This document shows positions 38,644 through 49,410 of a stretch of DNA of 64,000 nucleotides, piece by piece. The stretch comes from Myxococcota bacterium (GTDB lineage Bacteria > Myxococcota_A > Polyangia > Polyangiales > Houyiibacteriaceae), in contig JBCCEA010000010.1 of assembly GCA_039030515.1 (NCBI GenBank), forward strand, positions 1 to 64,000. The letters run 5' to 3'. Below the pieces are notes generated by a model, which had not been told where the DNA came from, ran no database searches, and saw only the letters and a program-made list of their open reading frames with translations. The position numbers were made by a program, and so were the translations under genes. Numbering within the stretch: the first letter of the stretch is position 1; every line of letters starts with the position of its first letter.

Positions 38644-39413
38644 ACGAATCGTTTTTGAGCACGGAGCATCACGGTCCGGTGGCTCTGATCGTTTTACGCC
38701 GCCCTGAAAAACTCAACGCGCTAAGCAGCCAAGTTCTCGCTCAACTTGCGTCCACGGTGGAGGCTCTAGAGTCTCAGGAATCCATTCGCTGTGTGGTCCT
38801 CACGGGTCATGGAGCTGCATTCGTTGCGGGGGCAGATATCGAAGAGATGCGCGCGTTTTCGGCATCTCAAGCCGAGGAATTCTCTATTCAGGGGCAGGCC
38901 GTGTTTCGGTCGATCGAGGAGTCGAGACTTCCCTATCTGGCTGCAGTGAATGGATACGCTCTAGGAGGTGGCTGCGAACTCGCACTTGCTTGTGATTTCA
39001 TTTACGCCAGCAAAAAGGCAAAATTCGGACAGCCGGAGGCGAGGCTTGGTCTCATTCCCGGCTTCGGAGGCACTCAGAGACTGCCGAGGCGTATCGGGAT
39101 CGCTGCCGCCCGTGAATTGATCATGACCGCACGAACCGTCGACGCTGACGAAGCGCTTAGGCTTGGCTTGGTGAACCGAGTGATCGAACCAGATGCGCTG
39201 CTCGACACGGCGTTGGCTTGCGGCCGTGAGATTGCAGGTAACGGCCCAGCCGCGATTTCGGTAGCGAAGCGGACCTTGCTCAAAGGGGTTTATCCGCTAC
39301 TCGACCAAGCTCTCGAGCTCGAGAGTCGTTCGTTTGGCCGGTGTTTTGATGATGCGGAATGTCAGGAGGGCATCACGGCTTTTCTCGCTAAGCGACCTCC
39401 GAATTTCGGATAG
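38640..39413 (+). CDS. Enoyl-CoA hydratase (crotonase)
   Basis: FVAGADI, NGYALGGGCELALACD, FGQPEARLGLIPGFGGTQRL. Confidence 0.95.
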   Translation: MNESFLSTEHHGPVALIVLRRPEKLNALSSQVLAQLASTVEALESQESIRCVVLTGHGAAFVAGADIEEMRAFSASQAEEFSIQGQAVFRSIEESRLPYLAAVNGYALGGGCELALACDFIYASKKAKFGQPEARLGLIPGFGGTQRLPRRIGIAAARELIMTARTVDADEALRLGLVNRVIEPDALLDTALACGREIAGNGPAAISVAKRTLLKGVYPLLDQALELESRSFGRCFDDAECQEGITAFLAKRPPNFG

Positions 39414-39532
39414 AGAGCGCGCCTCTCATGGCTCGGCGGGAACGTTTGCCGGGCTGGCTCCGAGGCGCGCTCTGCAGGCCTCCTTCATGATGAACGAGCA
39501 GCGCGTTTGTGATTTTTGCGCTAACTCTCCGC

Positions 39533-39928
39533 ATGTCCCGACGCGAAGTTCGTACCCAAGATGCTCCCGAAGCTATCGGATCCTACGCTCAGGCAGTTCA
39601 GCACGGGAATCTGCTGTTCTGTTCCGGTCAGATTCCGATCGATCCCGAGACTGGACTGCTGGTGGAAGGAGGCGTCCAGCAGCAGACCGATCGGGTGATG
39701 AAGAATCTGTCGGCGGTGTTGAAGGCTGCGGGCGCCGGCTTTGATTCCGTTCTTAAGACAACCATATATCTGAAGTCCATGGAGGACTTTCCCTTGGTTG
39801 ACGAGGTCTATTCGAGTTACTTCGCCGGCGCTCCCACGTTTCCCGCAAGAGCATGTGTTGAGGTTTCTGCCCTGCCGCGAGGAGTGGATGTTGAGGTGGA
39901 ACTCGTGGCTGCGGTGGTCGATCGGTAG
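39533..39928 (+). CDS. RidA family reactive intermediate/imine deaminase
   Basis: APEAIGSYAQAV, SGQIPIDP, PARACVEVSALP..VEVE. Confidence 0.95.
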   Translation: MSRREVRTQDAPEAIGSYAQAVQHGNLLFCSGQIPIDPETGLLVEGGVQQQTDRVMKNLSAVLKAAGAGFDSVLKTTIYLKSMEDFPLVDEVYSSYFAGAPTFPARACVEVSALPRGVDVEVELVAAVVDR

Positions 39929-40040
39929 ATTCAGTGCACCTCAGCGCTGCACGACCTCATGACTGAGGGACCGGTTAGAGCTAGGGGGAGGCTGGTTGGA
40001 GTCAAAGGACTGAGCTAGCGCCACCCTCGGCTCGCCGTAC

Positions 40041-40076
40041 TCGCTTAGGGTGTTTGAGTCGCTTAGGGTGTCTGAA
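40041..40076. repeat. 18-bp intergenic tandem duplication
   Basis: tcgcttagggtgtttgag / tcgcttagggtgtctgaa. Confidence 0.88.
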
Positions 40077-40130
40077 ACCTCCGCATGACCCACTGGGAGA
40101 GTCATGCGCTTTTGGAAGTCGCCTACGGAC

Positions 40131-41408
40131 CTATCGGAACGGGTCGCTCAGGGCAAGAGTCCTTTTCCGATCCGGTCCCACACTTACCGTACCTACCTCG
40201 CATCCAGCCAACTCCTCAATGCGCGCGATGTACCGTCGGGCACTAGCCGGAAGAGACTGAAGGGTTTTGCAGTTCGAAAGATCTTCGTCCCAACCTTCGA
40301 ATTCCTCATATTGGGCAACGACCCGATCGAGTCCGTCGAATGGCGGTCTGCTCAGGGGTTCCCCGTCGAGTACGTACTGCGTGCAAATATGCAACTTCGG
40401 TAGTCCCGAAAGCACGTCTAGTTTCGTTAGGGCCAGTTCGGTAAGGCCGTTCACTCTGCACGCGAAGCGCAGCGCGACCCCGTCGAGCCAGCCACAGCGT
40501 CTCGGTCGGCCGGTGGTCGCTCCGAACTCCGCACCTTGGGACTGCAGATAGTCGGCCGCCGAACCGGTGAGCTCTGTGGGGAAGGGGCCTCCTCCAACCC
40601 TTGTCGTGTAGGCCTTGGTAATTCCAATAACGCGTCGAATTCGAGTGGGCGGCAGACCAGCCCCTGTGCATGCACCGCCAGCGATCGCGTTGCTGCTGGT
40701 GACAAAAGGGTAGGTTCCATGGTCGACATCGAGCATCGTGCCTTGAGCCCCTTCCGCCAGTACTTTCTTCTCGGCGTCAAGGGCGTTTGCGAGCACCTCC
40801 TGGGCGTCGACAAAATGTGGTTTAAGTCGCTCACCCAGTTTGAGATAAGCGTCGATCACCGTTTCAACGTCTGGAAGCTCCGAGCCAAATCCGCTGAGCA
40901 CCGGTTTCCAAGAGTCAAGGTTTGAGTAAATTCGAGATCGAAAGCGGTCCGGCCTGATCAGATCGCCCATACGGATCCCTCTTCGTGCAAATTTATCCTG
41001 GTAGCACGGTCCGATGCCCCTTCGGGTCGTACCGATGGCTCGGTCGCCCTTGGTCGACTCTCGGAGTGCGTCCAGAACCTTGTGGTGAGGGAGTACGACA
41101 TGGGCCCGATCCGATACCAAAAAGCGAGACGGCTCGAAGCCGCGTGCCGCGAGCACGTCGAGCTCTGTGCAGAGCACTTCTGGGTCGATGACGGTCCCTT
41201 GGCCGATCAGGCAGGACGTGCCCGGATGGAGTGCGCCACTTGGCACCAGATGGAGTACGACTTTCTCCCCGTTCACGACAAGAGTGTGCCCCGCGTTGGC
41301 GCCCCCAGCGTAGCGAACCACCATGTCTGCGTAGGGAGCGAGCAAATCGACCACTTTGCCTTTTCCCTCGTCGCCCCACTGGGCACCAACCACGACTACT
41401 GCTGGCAT
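40131..41408 (-). CDS. purA: Adenylosuccinate synthetase
   Basis: GAQWGDEGKGK, GGANAGHT, GTTRRGIGP, EGAQG, GATTGRPRRCGW; start set at MPAVVVVG (41408). Confidence 0.99.
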   Translation of the reverse strand: MPAVVVVGAQWGDEGKGKVVDLLAPYADMVVRYAGGANAGHTLVVNGEKVVLHLVPSGALHPGTSCLIGQGTVIDPEVLCTELDVLAARGFEPSRFLVSDRAHVVLPHHKVLDALRESTKGDRAIGTTRRGIGPCYQDKFARRGIRMGDLIRPDRFRSRIYSNLDSWKPVLSGFGSELPDVETVIDAYLKLGERLKPHFVDAQEVLANALDAEKKVLAEGAQGTMLDVDHGTYPFVTSSNAIAGGACTGAGLPPTRIRRVIGITKAYTTRVGGGPFPTELTGSAADYLQSQGAEFGATTGRPRRCGWLDGVALRFACRVNGLTELALTKLDVLSGLPKLHICTQYVLDGEPLSRPPFDGLDRVVAQYEEFEGWDEDLSNCKTLQSLPASARRYIARIEELAGCEVGTVSVGPDRKRTLALSDPFR

Positions 41409-41488
41409 GCTGACCTTTCCAAGTTGACGGATCGAGGAGGCGGAGACTCCCTGACTCCCTAAAGGCGCCCCTGTTGAGCCTCTAAGGT

Positions 41489-42805
41489 TTAGCCGGAACT
41501 TCCTGCTGAGCTCAAGAAAAGCATCACATCGTGGGATGTGGTGGGTCCGGAGTCGAACTGCTTTGTGTTCATCTCGCCTGTCGGCTGCACCTCGACTCTT
41601 CCCTCGACTCCTTCGACTTTTTGGATGATGGCGTCGTAGGACCATGCTCGTGCGTAGGCTCGGGCCTCGTCCGGAGACAGCCTCGGCAGTTCGGACACGG
41701 TGGCTCCCAGTGAACGCAGCTCCATGGTTGTCGATGCAAGCGCTGGATCGACGGTCAAAAGCCGAACTGGACGAGCCCATCGCTCTGAATCGGCGGTTTC
41801 AAGCGCCCAGGTGAGATTGTCCAGATCGAGGCCGCAACCTGTGGCTGGCTGAGGAAAGCCGAAGCGCGAGAGGAGATCGTCGTAGCGACCTCCGGCTCCG
41901 ATAGCTTCTCCAGGTCCCGCGGCCAGTACGACAAAACTCGCCCCGGTGTAGTAGCTCTGTCCCGCGGTCTCTCCGAGGTCGATTCCGATTCGGTCTGGAG
42001 TGATCACGTCCTGCAGACGATCGCAAAGTTCTTTGAGCGTCCAGACCGCGGATTGCATTTCAGCATTGCCGCTCATCTGTTGTGCGCGCTCTAGAACATC
42101 TAGATCGCCGTGGAGTGCCGTGAGATCGATGACTGCCCTTCGTTCTTCCGAAGAAACGCCTGCCGCTTTGAGTAGAGATTCGAGTCGCTCAGCGTCCTTG
42201 AGTGCAAGCGCTGCTATGGCTTCGTGACGAATGGGTTTTGGAACGTGTTGAATTGCGCTCTTGCCTACACCGACGTGTCGCAACTCGATACGAAAGCCGT
42301 TGAGTCCCACCGCGTTGCAGGCTTCGATGGCCCGGGTCACCACTTCGGCGTCGGCCGATACGTCCGAATCGCCCACGTACTCGATGCCTACTTGGGCGAT
42401 CTGCCGATGCCTGCGCGCACGTCCCCGACGCTGTCGAACCACTGTTCCTCGGTAGCTTAGACGCCAGGGGGCCGGTCGGTCACGGAGTCGCGTTGCAATG
42501 ATGCGTGCGATCTGTGGTGTGATATCCGGCCTGAGAACGGCGACCTCACCGCTATAGGGTTCCACAAAGCGCAGTAGATCTCTTCGCACCGCTTCTTTGA
42601 GACCTGGATCGATCACCTCTGCATGTTCAAAGGGGGGCGTGGTGACGAGATCGTAACCCCGGGCGGTAAAAGTTCGAATCACGCGCCCAGACACCGCCTC
42701 ACGTTGTGCCGAGTCGGGGGGGAGCAAATCTCTCATCCCTACTGGGGGAGCAAGAGGAAGGTTGCCGCTGTTTTGGTCCCTGGTCGTCTCTCTCGCTACG
42801 CTCAC
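41489..42805 (-). CDS. hisZ: ATP phosphoribosyltransferase regulatory subunit
   Basis: PVGMRDLLP, LRPDITPQIAR, QVGIE, YYTG, GGRYDDL, PATG; adjacent to purA. Confidence 0.9.
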   Translation of the reverse strand: MSVARETTRDQNSGNLPLAPPVGMRDLLPPDSAQREAVSGRVIRTFTARGYDLVTTPPFEHAEVIDPGLKEAVRRDLLRFVEPYSGEVAVLRPDITPQIARIIATRLRDRPAPWRLSYRGTVVRQRRGRARRHRQIAQVGIEYVGDSDVSADAEVVTRAIEACNAVGLNGFRIELRHVGVGKSAIQHVPKPIRHEAIAALALKDAERLESLLKAAGVSSEERRAVIDLTALHGDLDVLERAQQMSGNAEMQSAVWTLKELCDRLQDVITPDRIGIDLGETAGQSYYTGASFVVLAAGPGEAIGAGGRYDDLLSRFGFPQPATGCGLDLDNLTWALETADSERWARPVRLLTVDPALASTTMELRSLGATVSELPRLSPDEARAYARAWSYDAIIQKVEGVEGRVEVQPTGEMNTKQFDSGPTTSHDVMLFLSSAGSSG

Positions 42806-42833
42806 CGGGGTGTCTCCGCGCGTTTTATCGCTC

Positions 42834-42880
42834 TGTGGCTGTTGATGAGGTGTGGCTGTTGATGAGGTGGCTGCTGGTGA
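42834..42880. repeat. Perfect 17-bp tandem duplication plus a partial third copy between serA and hisZ
   Basis: tgtggctgttgatgagg x2, then tggctgctggtga. Confidence 0.92.
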
Positions 42881-42895
42881 AAAGAGGGGAGCGCT

Positions 42896-44485
42896 CTAGA
42901 GTGATACCGAAACCACGGCCCGTACGTTTTCCAGGCTTCTCAACTCGCTCAGGATGCCCTCTGGAACGCTCGCGTCAAGATTCCAAATGGCGAGCGCCTC
43001 TTCCTGCGCCTCGTTCAGGCTGACTTGGACGCGAGATACATTGATCGACTGAGCACCGAGCAGGCTTCCTACGGCACCCACGACGCCGGGGCGATCGCGA
43101 TTACGCATGATCAGCATCGTTCCCTCGAGCACGGTGTCGACTTCATAGCCCTCAAGACCCACCAATCGTGTTTCGCCCCTGGTGCCTAAAGTCACGGTTG
43201 CGGTATGAATACCCGCTTTGCTCGTGAGGCTGGTACGTACGGCGGTGGCGTAGCGCTGGGCTTTTTCTTCGATTTCGACGACCGCGATTCCTCGATCCTT
43301 AGCCTCAAACGGAGCACTTATCGGGTTTACTGCATCCTTAGATCGCACTTCGAGGTAGCCAGCAACCACAGCGTTGGTGATAGGTTTGATTCCCAGTTGA
43401 GCCGCTTCCCCAGTGCACATGACCCGGATCTCATTGGTTTCCTCGAGATCTAGCTGGCCAACCAACAGACCTAGGGTTCGGCATGCCCGCAGATAGGGCA
43501 TGAGTTTCTCGCTGGTGTTTCGGTCGATCGAGTGTGCGTTCACCCCGTTCCGAATGGTTCCTTCTAAAAGGTAGTCTGCTACCTGGTGACCGATCTCAAC
43601 TGCGACGCGCTCTTGGGCCTCGACGGTTGAGGCTCCGAGGTGAGGTGTGAGCACCACATCGGGCCGGCCCAACAGAGGATTCTCATGTGGTAGCGGTTCT
43701 GTTTCGAACACGTCTAGGGCCGCCCCCGCCAGCTTCTTTGAATCGAGTGCGCGAGCGAGTGCGTATTCGTCGACGATTCCGCCGCGTGCTGCGTTGACCA
43801 AGAGCAGGTCTTTTTTGACCTTCTCGAATGCAGCGTCGTCGAAGAGGTTTCGGGTTTCCTCGACCAGAGGTGCATGTATTGTGATGAAATCCGATCGCCG
43901 CAGCAGCTGCTCCATGGTGACCAGTTCGATGCTGAGCTCCCGTGCGACGTCCGTTTGAATCGCTGGGTCGCAAGCGATGACCTGCATACGAAGCCCGCGA
44001 GCTCGATCGGCTACAATCTTACCGATGGTTCCGAGGCCGACAATGCCGAGGGTCTTGTGTTCGAGTTCACGGCCTTTGAATCGGTTCTTTTCCCACTTTC
44101 CTAAGTGGGTCAAACCAGAAGCCTGAGGGATCCGCCGAGCTAGAGACATAAGCAGAGACAAAGCGTGCTCCGCAGTTGTCACCGCGTTACCGGTAGGCGT
44201 ATTCATCACCACGATGCCTCGTTTGCTGGCAGCGTGCAGATCGACGTTGTCTACCCCGATGCCCGCACGCCCAACAACCCGAAGCGACACTGCTTTCGCG
44301 ATCACGTCAGCCGTCACCTTTGTCCCGCTGCGGATGACGAGTCCTTCGTAATCACCGATCGTCTGCAAGAGCTCCTGAGGTGACAGCTCGGGTAGGTAGT
44401 CGACTTGGATTTCCGCGTGATCCCGAAGCGCTGCCAAGCCGCTTTGGCTAAGTTTGTCCGATACCAGCACTCGTGTTGCGGCCAT
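42896..44485 (-). CDS. serA: D-3-phosphoglycerate dehydrogenase
   Basis: [37 protein letters not shown]-terminal ASB and ACT domains (NRDRPGVVG). Confidence 0.98.
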   Translation of the reverse strand: MAATRVLVSDKLSQSGLAALRDHAEIQVDYLPELSPQELLQTIGDYEGLVIRSGTKVTADVIAKAVSLRVVGRAGIGVDNVDLHAASKRGIVVMNTPTGNAVTTAEHALSLLMSLARRIPQASGLTHLGKWEKNRFKGRELEHKTLGIVGLGTIGKIVADRARGLRMQVIACDPAIQTDVARELSIELVTMEQLLRRSDFITIHAPLVEETRNLFDDAAFEKVKKDLLLVNAARGGIVDEYALARALDSKKLAGAALDVFETEPLPHENPLLGRPDVVLTPHLGASTVEAQERVAVEIGHQVADYLLEGTIRNGVNAHSIDRNTSEKLMPYLRACRTLGLLVGQLDLEETNEIRVMCTGEAAQLGIKPITNAVVAGYLEVRSKDAVNPISAPFEAKDRGIAVVEIEEKAQRYATAVRTSLTSKAGIHTATVTLGTRGETRLVGLEGYEVDTVLEGTMLIMRNRDRPGVVGAVGSLLGAQSINVSRVQVSLNEAQEEALAIWNLDASVPEGILSELRSLENVRAVVSVSL

Positions 44486-44873
44486 GACGACTCCCTACTG
44501 ATCCCTATGTCCCGAGAGGCGGCTCAGCTAGCAGCCGACTCTCGGAGGGTCAAGAGACACAAACCGTATGACGCCCGAGCAGCATGGTCTCCAAGTGCGC
44601 ATCGGCGTCCTCAATGCAAATTGGATCTCTTGAGATCTGGGGAGGCACAATCCTACTTGGCGTAAAAGCCTTGTTTTCTGGTATGCGGCTGGTTCATGCG
44701 GGAAGCGAATCGCTTGACGAGTGGAGGCCCAAGTCGTAGACGGCGCGCTCAAACGCCAGCCCGCGCACAGATGCATCATCAACACAGCCTGAACGGCTCT
44801 ATCTATCCTGCGCACGAACTTACTCGAAGCCTCGGTAACTAGGCCGGGCAAATCTTTTGAACAGCCATGTCTC

Positions 44874-45473
44874 TTGACCAGCTATCTACTAGACCCTAGC
44901 CCCAGCCCCATGCCGACCCACCATTGCAAGAATTCGAGGTGCACTGGACGATATGGTCTGGCAGCACTCGGCCTCGCAATCCCGAGTGCCTACGGGCTAT
45001 ACGGCCTTCTCGGCATACTGTGGTGTGACGCAGAGTTGGCAGGATCAGAGTCCGATGCGGAACTTCGGGGTCTTCTCGGAGTTCGACTCGGTATGACCCC
45101 GCTTGAGGTTCGCCAAAACTTTCATCAATCCTCGTCGGGGAGCTCCGTCGCTTCCTCAACAGAGCAGGGTCAACTGGTAGTCGATTGGGAGGCAAACGCA
45201 GAGGCCGCATGGCACTCGAGCCCAAACCTCGAAAGCCCTATCCGCGTCACCTTTGAGTTTCACAACGCCATCTTGGTTGCTATCCGCGCTGATTTCGTAG
45301 CACCAAGCGATGCGAAATCGTCAATCGATACGAAGCTATCTGTATCCCCCTCGGCAGTTCGATCGATAATTTCTGAGAAAGGGCGGTCCAAAGTGGTACT
45401 TATCGCTCGCGACTGCCCAACCCACGCGGACGAGGTTCAGTACATTCTCCTTTCGAACAAACAAGTTCATTAG
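44874..45473 (+). CDS. Hypothetical protein, possibly membrane-anchored or exported
   Basis: 199-aa ORF with a hydrophobic segment, then GVRLGMTPLEVR...FEFHNAILVAIRA; start uncertain. Confidence 0.6.
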   Translation: MTSYLLDPSPSPMPTHHCKNSRCTGRYGLAALGLAIPSAYGLYGLLGILWCDAELAGSESDAELRGLLGVRLGMTPLEVRQNFHQSSSGSSVASSTEQGQLVVDWEANAEAAWHSSPNLESPIRVTFEFHNAILVAIRADFVAPSDAKSSIDTKLSVSPSAVRSIISEKGRSKVVLIARDCPTHADEVQYILLSNKQVH

Positions 45474-45553
45474 TATGCCCCGGACCGGAATACGCCGGTT
45501 CGGAAACCAGGGCTGATGACCTCGAGCCAGTCGAGGCAACAGCGAGAGACGCA

Positions 45554-46177
45554 ATGCAGATCTTCCCGCGCCAGCTGAATCTATTACCCGTCGTCCTCGG
45601 CGTGCTCTCTTCGGGAGCAGGCGTGGCCGTAGTTTTTGGATTTTGGTACTACGCTTCCCCAAAGAATCTTCAGGTGGGCTACGCTCCTGAGCAGCCCGTT
45701 CCCTACAGTCACCGTTTGCACGCAGGTGAACTCGGGATCGATTGTCGCTACTGCCACTCGAGCGTGGAACAATCCCACGAGGCGAATGTTCCGCCCACGC
45801 AGACCTGCATGGGGTGTCACAACGTGGTTCACGCGGAGTCTGCGCTGCTCGAGCCTGTTCGCCAGAGCTTCGATTCGGGTGACCCTGTTGAATGGGTCCG
45901 CGTTCACAAGATTCCTGATCACGCGTACTTCAATCATAGTGCGCACGTAGCGGTCGGAGTCGGCTGCGTTTCCTGTCACGGAAGAGTGGATCAGATGGAG
46001 GTCGTCAGGGTTTCGGAGCCGCTCGGCATGGGTTGGTGTCTCGAATGTCACCGAAACCCCGAGCCCAATCTTCGCCCTCTAGACCAGGTAACCAATATGG
46101 AGTGGACGCCCGATGAACATTACGTCGCGTCCATCGAGGTCAACCCCCCTCAGCATTGCTCGGGATGCCACCGATGA
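45554..46177 (+). CDS. actA: Alternative complex III pentaheme cytochrome c subunit ActA
   Basis: One N-terminal TM; five CxxCH motifs (CRYCH, CMGCH, CVSCH, CLECH, CSGCH); PEQPVPYSH. Confidence 0.95.
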   Translation: MQIFPRQLNLLPVVLGVLSSGAGVAVVFGFWYYASPKNLQVGYAPEQPVPYSHRLHAGELGIDCRYCHSSVEQSHEANVPPTQTCMGCHNVVHAESALLEPVRQSFDSGDPVEWVRVHKIPDHAYFNHSAHVAVGVGCVSCHGRVDQMEVVRVSEPLGMGWCLECHRNPEPNLRPLDQVTNMEWTPDEHYVASIEVNPPQHCSGCHR

Positions 46178-49100
46178 GTTCTGACATGAAGCCGAAAAGC
46201 GCTAGCGAGTTGCGAGTTGAGTCGTCGGTTGCGCAACGAAATAAGTTGCCGATGCTCTGGAGTTCGCTCGATGAAAAACGTCTGGTGGACTCTGACGAGG
46301 CGAATCGGAACGACGCTTCCTTCGGTGATACCACCATCGAACCTTATACAAAGCGAAGTAGTTCTAGATCCCATACGGGCGAGCGCTCGCTCGCGACCGA
46401 GGAGGGCGCTCCCGCCGGTTTCGTAAACGCTTCGATGCTGGTCAAACGTCGGAGTTTTTTGCAGGCCACGGGTCTTACCGCAGCTGCGGGGGCAGCGGGG
46501 TGTATTCGACGACCCAAAGAAAAAATCCTGCCTTACTCCGTTCAGCCTGAATACGTGGTCCCCGGTGTTCCAATGCACTACGCCACTGCTGTGGCCTCGG
46601 GATCCGGCGTGCTTGGTTTGCTGGTGACGACTCACGAGGGCCGCCCAACGAAAGTAGACGGCAACCCAAATCATCCGATGAGTCTCGGAGCCACAGGGCT
46701 TTTCGAGCAGTCCTCCATTCTCGATCTGTATGATTCGGATCGATCCCAAAAAGCGGCCAAGAAGACCGATGTTTCGATGGCCGACTGTGAGGCTGCTGAA
46801 GTTGAAGCCTATATACGATCGGTATCTGCCTCAGCGTTGCGCGATCGTGGACGTGGCCTCCGGGTGCTCAGTGGTACTAGTTTGTCTCCGTCGTACTGGA
46901 GACTTCGAGAGGCACTGCTGCAGCGCTTTCCGGAGATGAAATTTTATCAGTATGATGCGGTCTCCGATTGGAATGTGATCGAAGGCGCTGAAGTCGCCTT
47001 TGGCAGCCGTTTGCGGCCCGTCTACAATCTCAATCCGGCGAAGGTGATCCTATCGCTCGACGCAGACTTCCTCGGTGAGGAGACTTCATCGGTCCGAAAC
47101 TCCCGAGCCTTTTCCCAGGGTCGACACGTGCGCTCAACGCGCGACACGATGAACCGCTTGTATGTAGTCGAGCCAACCCTGTCGGTGACAGGGATGAAGG
47201 CGGATCATCGTCTCAGAGCCGCAGCGCGGGATGTCGAGCGCTTGCTCGTCGCCTTGGTGAAAGAGCTTGCCGAGCGTCACGGCCTCTCGTTGCGTGAGCC
47301 CTTAGCCCGGGCGATCAGTCGCGTCTCGTCAGAAGGATTTGATGCATCCTGGCTGCGCGTACTCGCTCAAGATCTCGCTCAAAATCGAGGTTCGTGTCCG
47401 ATCCTCGTCGGCCACAGGCAGCCGGCGCGAGTACATGCGTTGGCACATTTTCTTAATGCCTCCTTGGGCAATCAAGGCCGCACGGTCGGATTTGCTCCGG
47501 TTCTAGGTTCAGATAAGTGGTCCGATCCGGCGCAAAGTATTGCCGAGTTTACTGCCGATCTGCGAAGCGGTGTCGTGCGTGATGTGCTTCTGCTCGGAGG
47601 CAATCCCGCATACGACGCTCCTTGCGATGCCGAGGTGTCTGCCGCTTTGGCTCAGCAGAACGTGAACGTGTTGCATCTTTCGACGCATCGGAACGAGACC
47701 ACGAGCTTCGCTGACTGGCATCTTCCTCAAGCTCATTTTTTGGAAACGTGGGGTGATCTTCAGGCAGAAGACGGAACTCGAACCGTCCAACAACCGCTTA
47801 TCGATCCGCTCTTCGGAGGGCTTAGTGAGATCGAGGTGCTCGCACAGCTCCTCGGAGAAGAGCCTTGGAGCGGCCACGAGGTGGTCCGACGCACCTTCCA
47901 GCTCGACGCGAATTCTGAGGTGGAGGAGTCACGGTGGCGGCGAGCGCTGCATGGCGGGGTTGTTCCCGGCAGTCGTCAGCCGTTACGCCGAGCGATGGGG
48001 CTTCAAATCGCATCGATTGCGGATTCGTTGACGGCAGGAAGAGGGGAGCGAAGAGCCCTGGGTAGAGAGAATTTCGAGGTTCTATTCTCTGCCGATCCGA
48101 AACTGCTCGATGGGCGCTTTGCGAACAATGTGTGGCTTCAGGAGCTTCCCGACCCGATCACAAAGCTGGTTTGGGACAACGCCGCACTGATTTCTCCTGC
48201 AGCTGCCCGAGAACTTGGACTGTCCAATGGAGATCAAATTTCCCTGTCGTGCGATGGCGCAGAGGGTATAGAGCTTCCAATCTTCATCCAGCCAGGTCAG
48301 GCAGAGTGGACCTTAACCTTGCGTCTCGGATGGGGCCGTACTGCCGCTGGCGTCTACGGCACAAACGTGGGTTTTGACGTGAATCCCTTGCGAACGCTGG
48401 CGGGGTTTGAGTTTGGGGACGGGGTTCGCGTCACGACCACGAGCGCGCACCACGATTTGGTCCAGACGCAGGTGACTCAGACGATGGCGGGTCGGCCGGT
48501 AGTCATCGACGCAACCTTGGATGCAGTGGATGCCCCCAAGGGACACGCGCTGCATGGACTGCCCGTATACAAGGAAACCCCGGACTTCGCCCAGTATCGA
48601 GCTGTCGAGTTTACGCCCAAACCTCTATGGAATGAGGTCGACTACAGCAAAGGATACAAGTGGGGCATGACGGTCGACCTCACTTCATGCAGCGGTTGCA
48701 ATGCGTGTGTCATCGCGTGTCAGGCTGAAAACAATATTCCCTGTGTTGGCAAGAGGGAGGTCGCGCGGGGCCGCGAGATGCACTGGCTCCGCATCGACCG
48801 TTACTACGTGGGCACAGACGAAGACGATCCCGTCGTCGCGCTGCAGCCGGTTGGCTGTCAGCACTGCGAGGAAGCGCCTTGCGAAAATGTATGCCCTGTG
48901 AATGCCACTGTGCACAGTCCCGAGGGACTCAATGACATGGCGTACAATCGCTGCGTCGGTACTCGATACTGCGCCAACAACTGCCCCTATAAAGTACGGC
49001 GATTTAACTATCTCGACTGGCACGATTCAGAAGATCTTCATGGTGAACTTCCTGAACTGCGAAAGATGCAGTTCAATCCAAATGTCACCGTCCGTATGCG

Positions 49101-49410
49101 CGGGGTTATCGAGAAATGCAGTTACTGCGTGCAGCGAATCGAAGAAGCGCGTATCGCTGCGCGTCGTGAGAAAAGATCCATTCGTGATGGCGATGTGACC
49201 CCTGCGTGCGCGCAAACATGCCCTTCGCAGAGCATTGTATTCGGCGACCTGAACGATCCCGGTAGCCGAGTTTCTAAGCTGGCATCTTTGGACCGCCAAT
49301 ATCGCCTGTTGGCGGAAGTGGGTGCTCAGCCGAGAACCCGATACTTGGGACAAATACGGAATCCAAACCCTGCCATGTTCGTGCATGTCGAGCAGGAGGC
49401 TGAAGGATGA
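46174..49410 (+). CDS. actB: Alternative complex III subunit ActB (molybdopterin-oxidoreductase-like plus Fe-S domains)
   Basis: WSSLDE leader, Tat motif RRSFLQ and AAGC lipobox, [11 protein letters not shown]; Fe-S motifs [51 protein letters not shown] overlap with actA. Confidence 0.95.
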   Translation: MSSDMKPKSASELRVESSVAQRNKLPMLWSSLDEKRLVDSDEANRNDASFGDTTIEPYTKRSSSRSHTGERSLATEEGAPAGFVNASMLVKRRSFLQATGLTAAAGAAGCIRRPKEKILPYSVQPEYVVPGVPMHYATAVASGSGVLGLLVTTHEGRPTKVDGNPNHPMSLGATGLFEQSSILDLYDSDRSQKAAKKTDVSMADCEAAEVEAYIRSVSASALRDRGRGLRVLSGTSLSPSYWRLREALLQRFPEMKFYQYDAVSDWNVIEGAEVAFGSRLRPVYNLNPAKVILSLDADFLGEETSSVRNSRAFSQGRHVRSTRDTMNRLYVVEPTLSVTGMKADHRLRAAARDVERLLVALVKELAERHGLSLREPLARAISRVSSEGFDASWLRVLAQDLAQNRGSCPILVGHRQPARVHALAHFLNASLGNQGRTVGFAPVLGSDKWSDPAQSIAEFTADLRSGVVRDVLLLGGNPAYDAPCDAEVSAALAQQNVNVLHLSTHRNETTSFADWHLPQAHFLETWGDLQAEDGTRTVQQPLIDPLFGGLSEIEVLAQLLGEEPWSGHEVVRRTFQLDANSEVEESRWRRALHGGVVPGSRQPLRRAMGLQIASIADSLTAGRGERRALGRENFEVLFSADPKLLDGRFANNVWLQELPDPITKLVWDNAALISPAAARELGLSNGDQISLSCDGAEGIELPIFIQPGQAEWTLTLRLGWGRTAAGVYGTNVGFDVNPLRTLAGFEFGDGVRVTTTSAHHDLVQTQVTQTMAGRPVVIDATLDAVDAPKGHALHGLPVYKETPDFAQYRAVEFTPKPLWNEVDYSKGYKWGMTVDLTSCSGCNACVIACQAENNIPCVGKREVARGREMHWLRIDRYYVGTDEDDPVVALQPVGCQHCEEAPCENVCPVNATVHSPEGLNDMAYNRCVGTRYCANNCPYKVRRFNYLDWHDSEDLHGELPELRKMQFNPNVTVRMRGVIEKCSYCVQRIEEARIAARREKRSIRDGDVTPACAQTCPSQSIVFGDLNDPGSRVSKLASLDRQYRLLAEVGAQPRTRYLGQIRNPNPAMFVHVEQEAEG

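Noticed and set aside
36484..39413. Thiolase-hbd-crotonase as a specialised pathway
   Set aside because: An ordinary short-chain acyl-CoA metabolism cluster with canonical motifs.
41409..41780. 124-aa N-terminal extension of PurA in the ORF track
   Set aside because: It overlaps hisZ in another frame; the canonical PurA start is at 41408.
46174..48600. ActB as an active molybdoenzyme of anaerobic respiration
   Set aside because: The context is ACIII, where this domain is known to lack the Mo cofactor.
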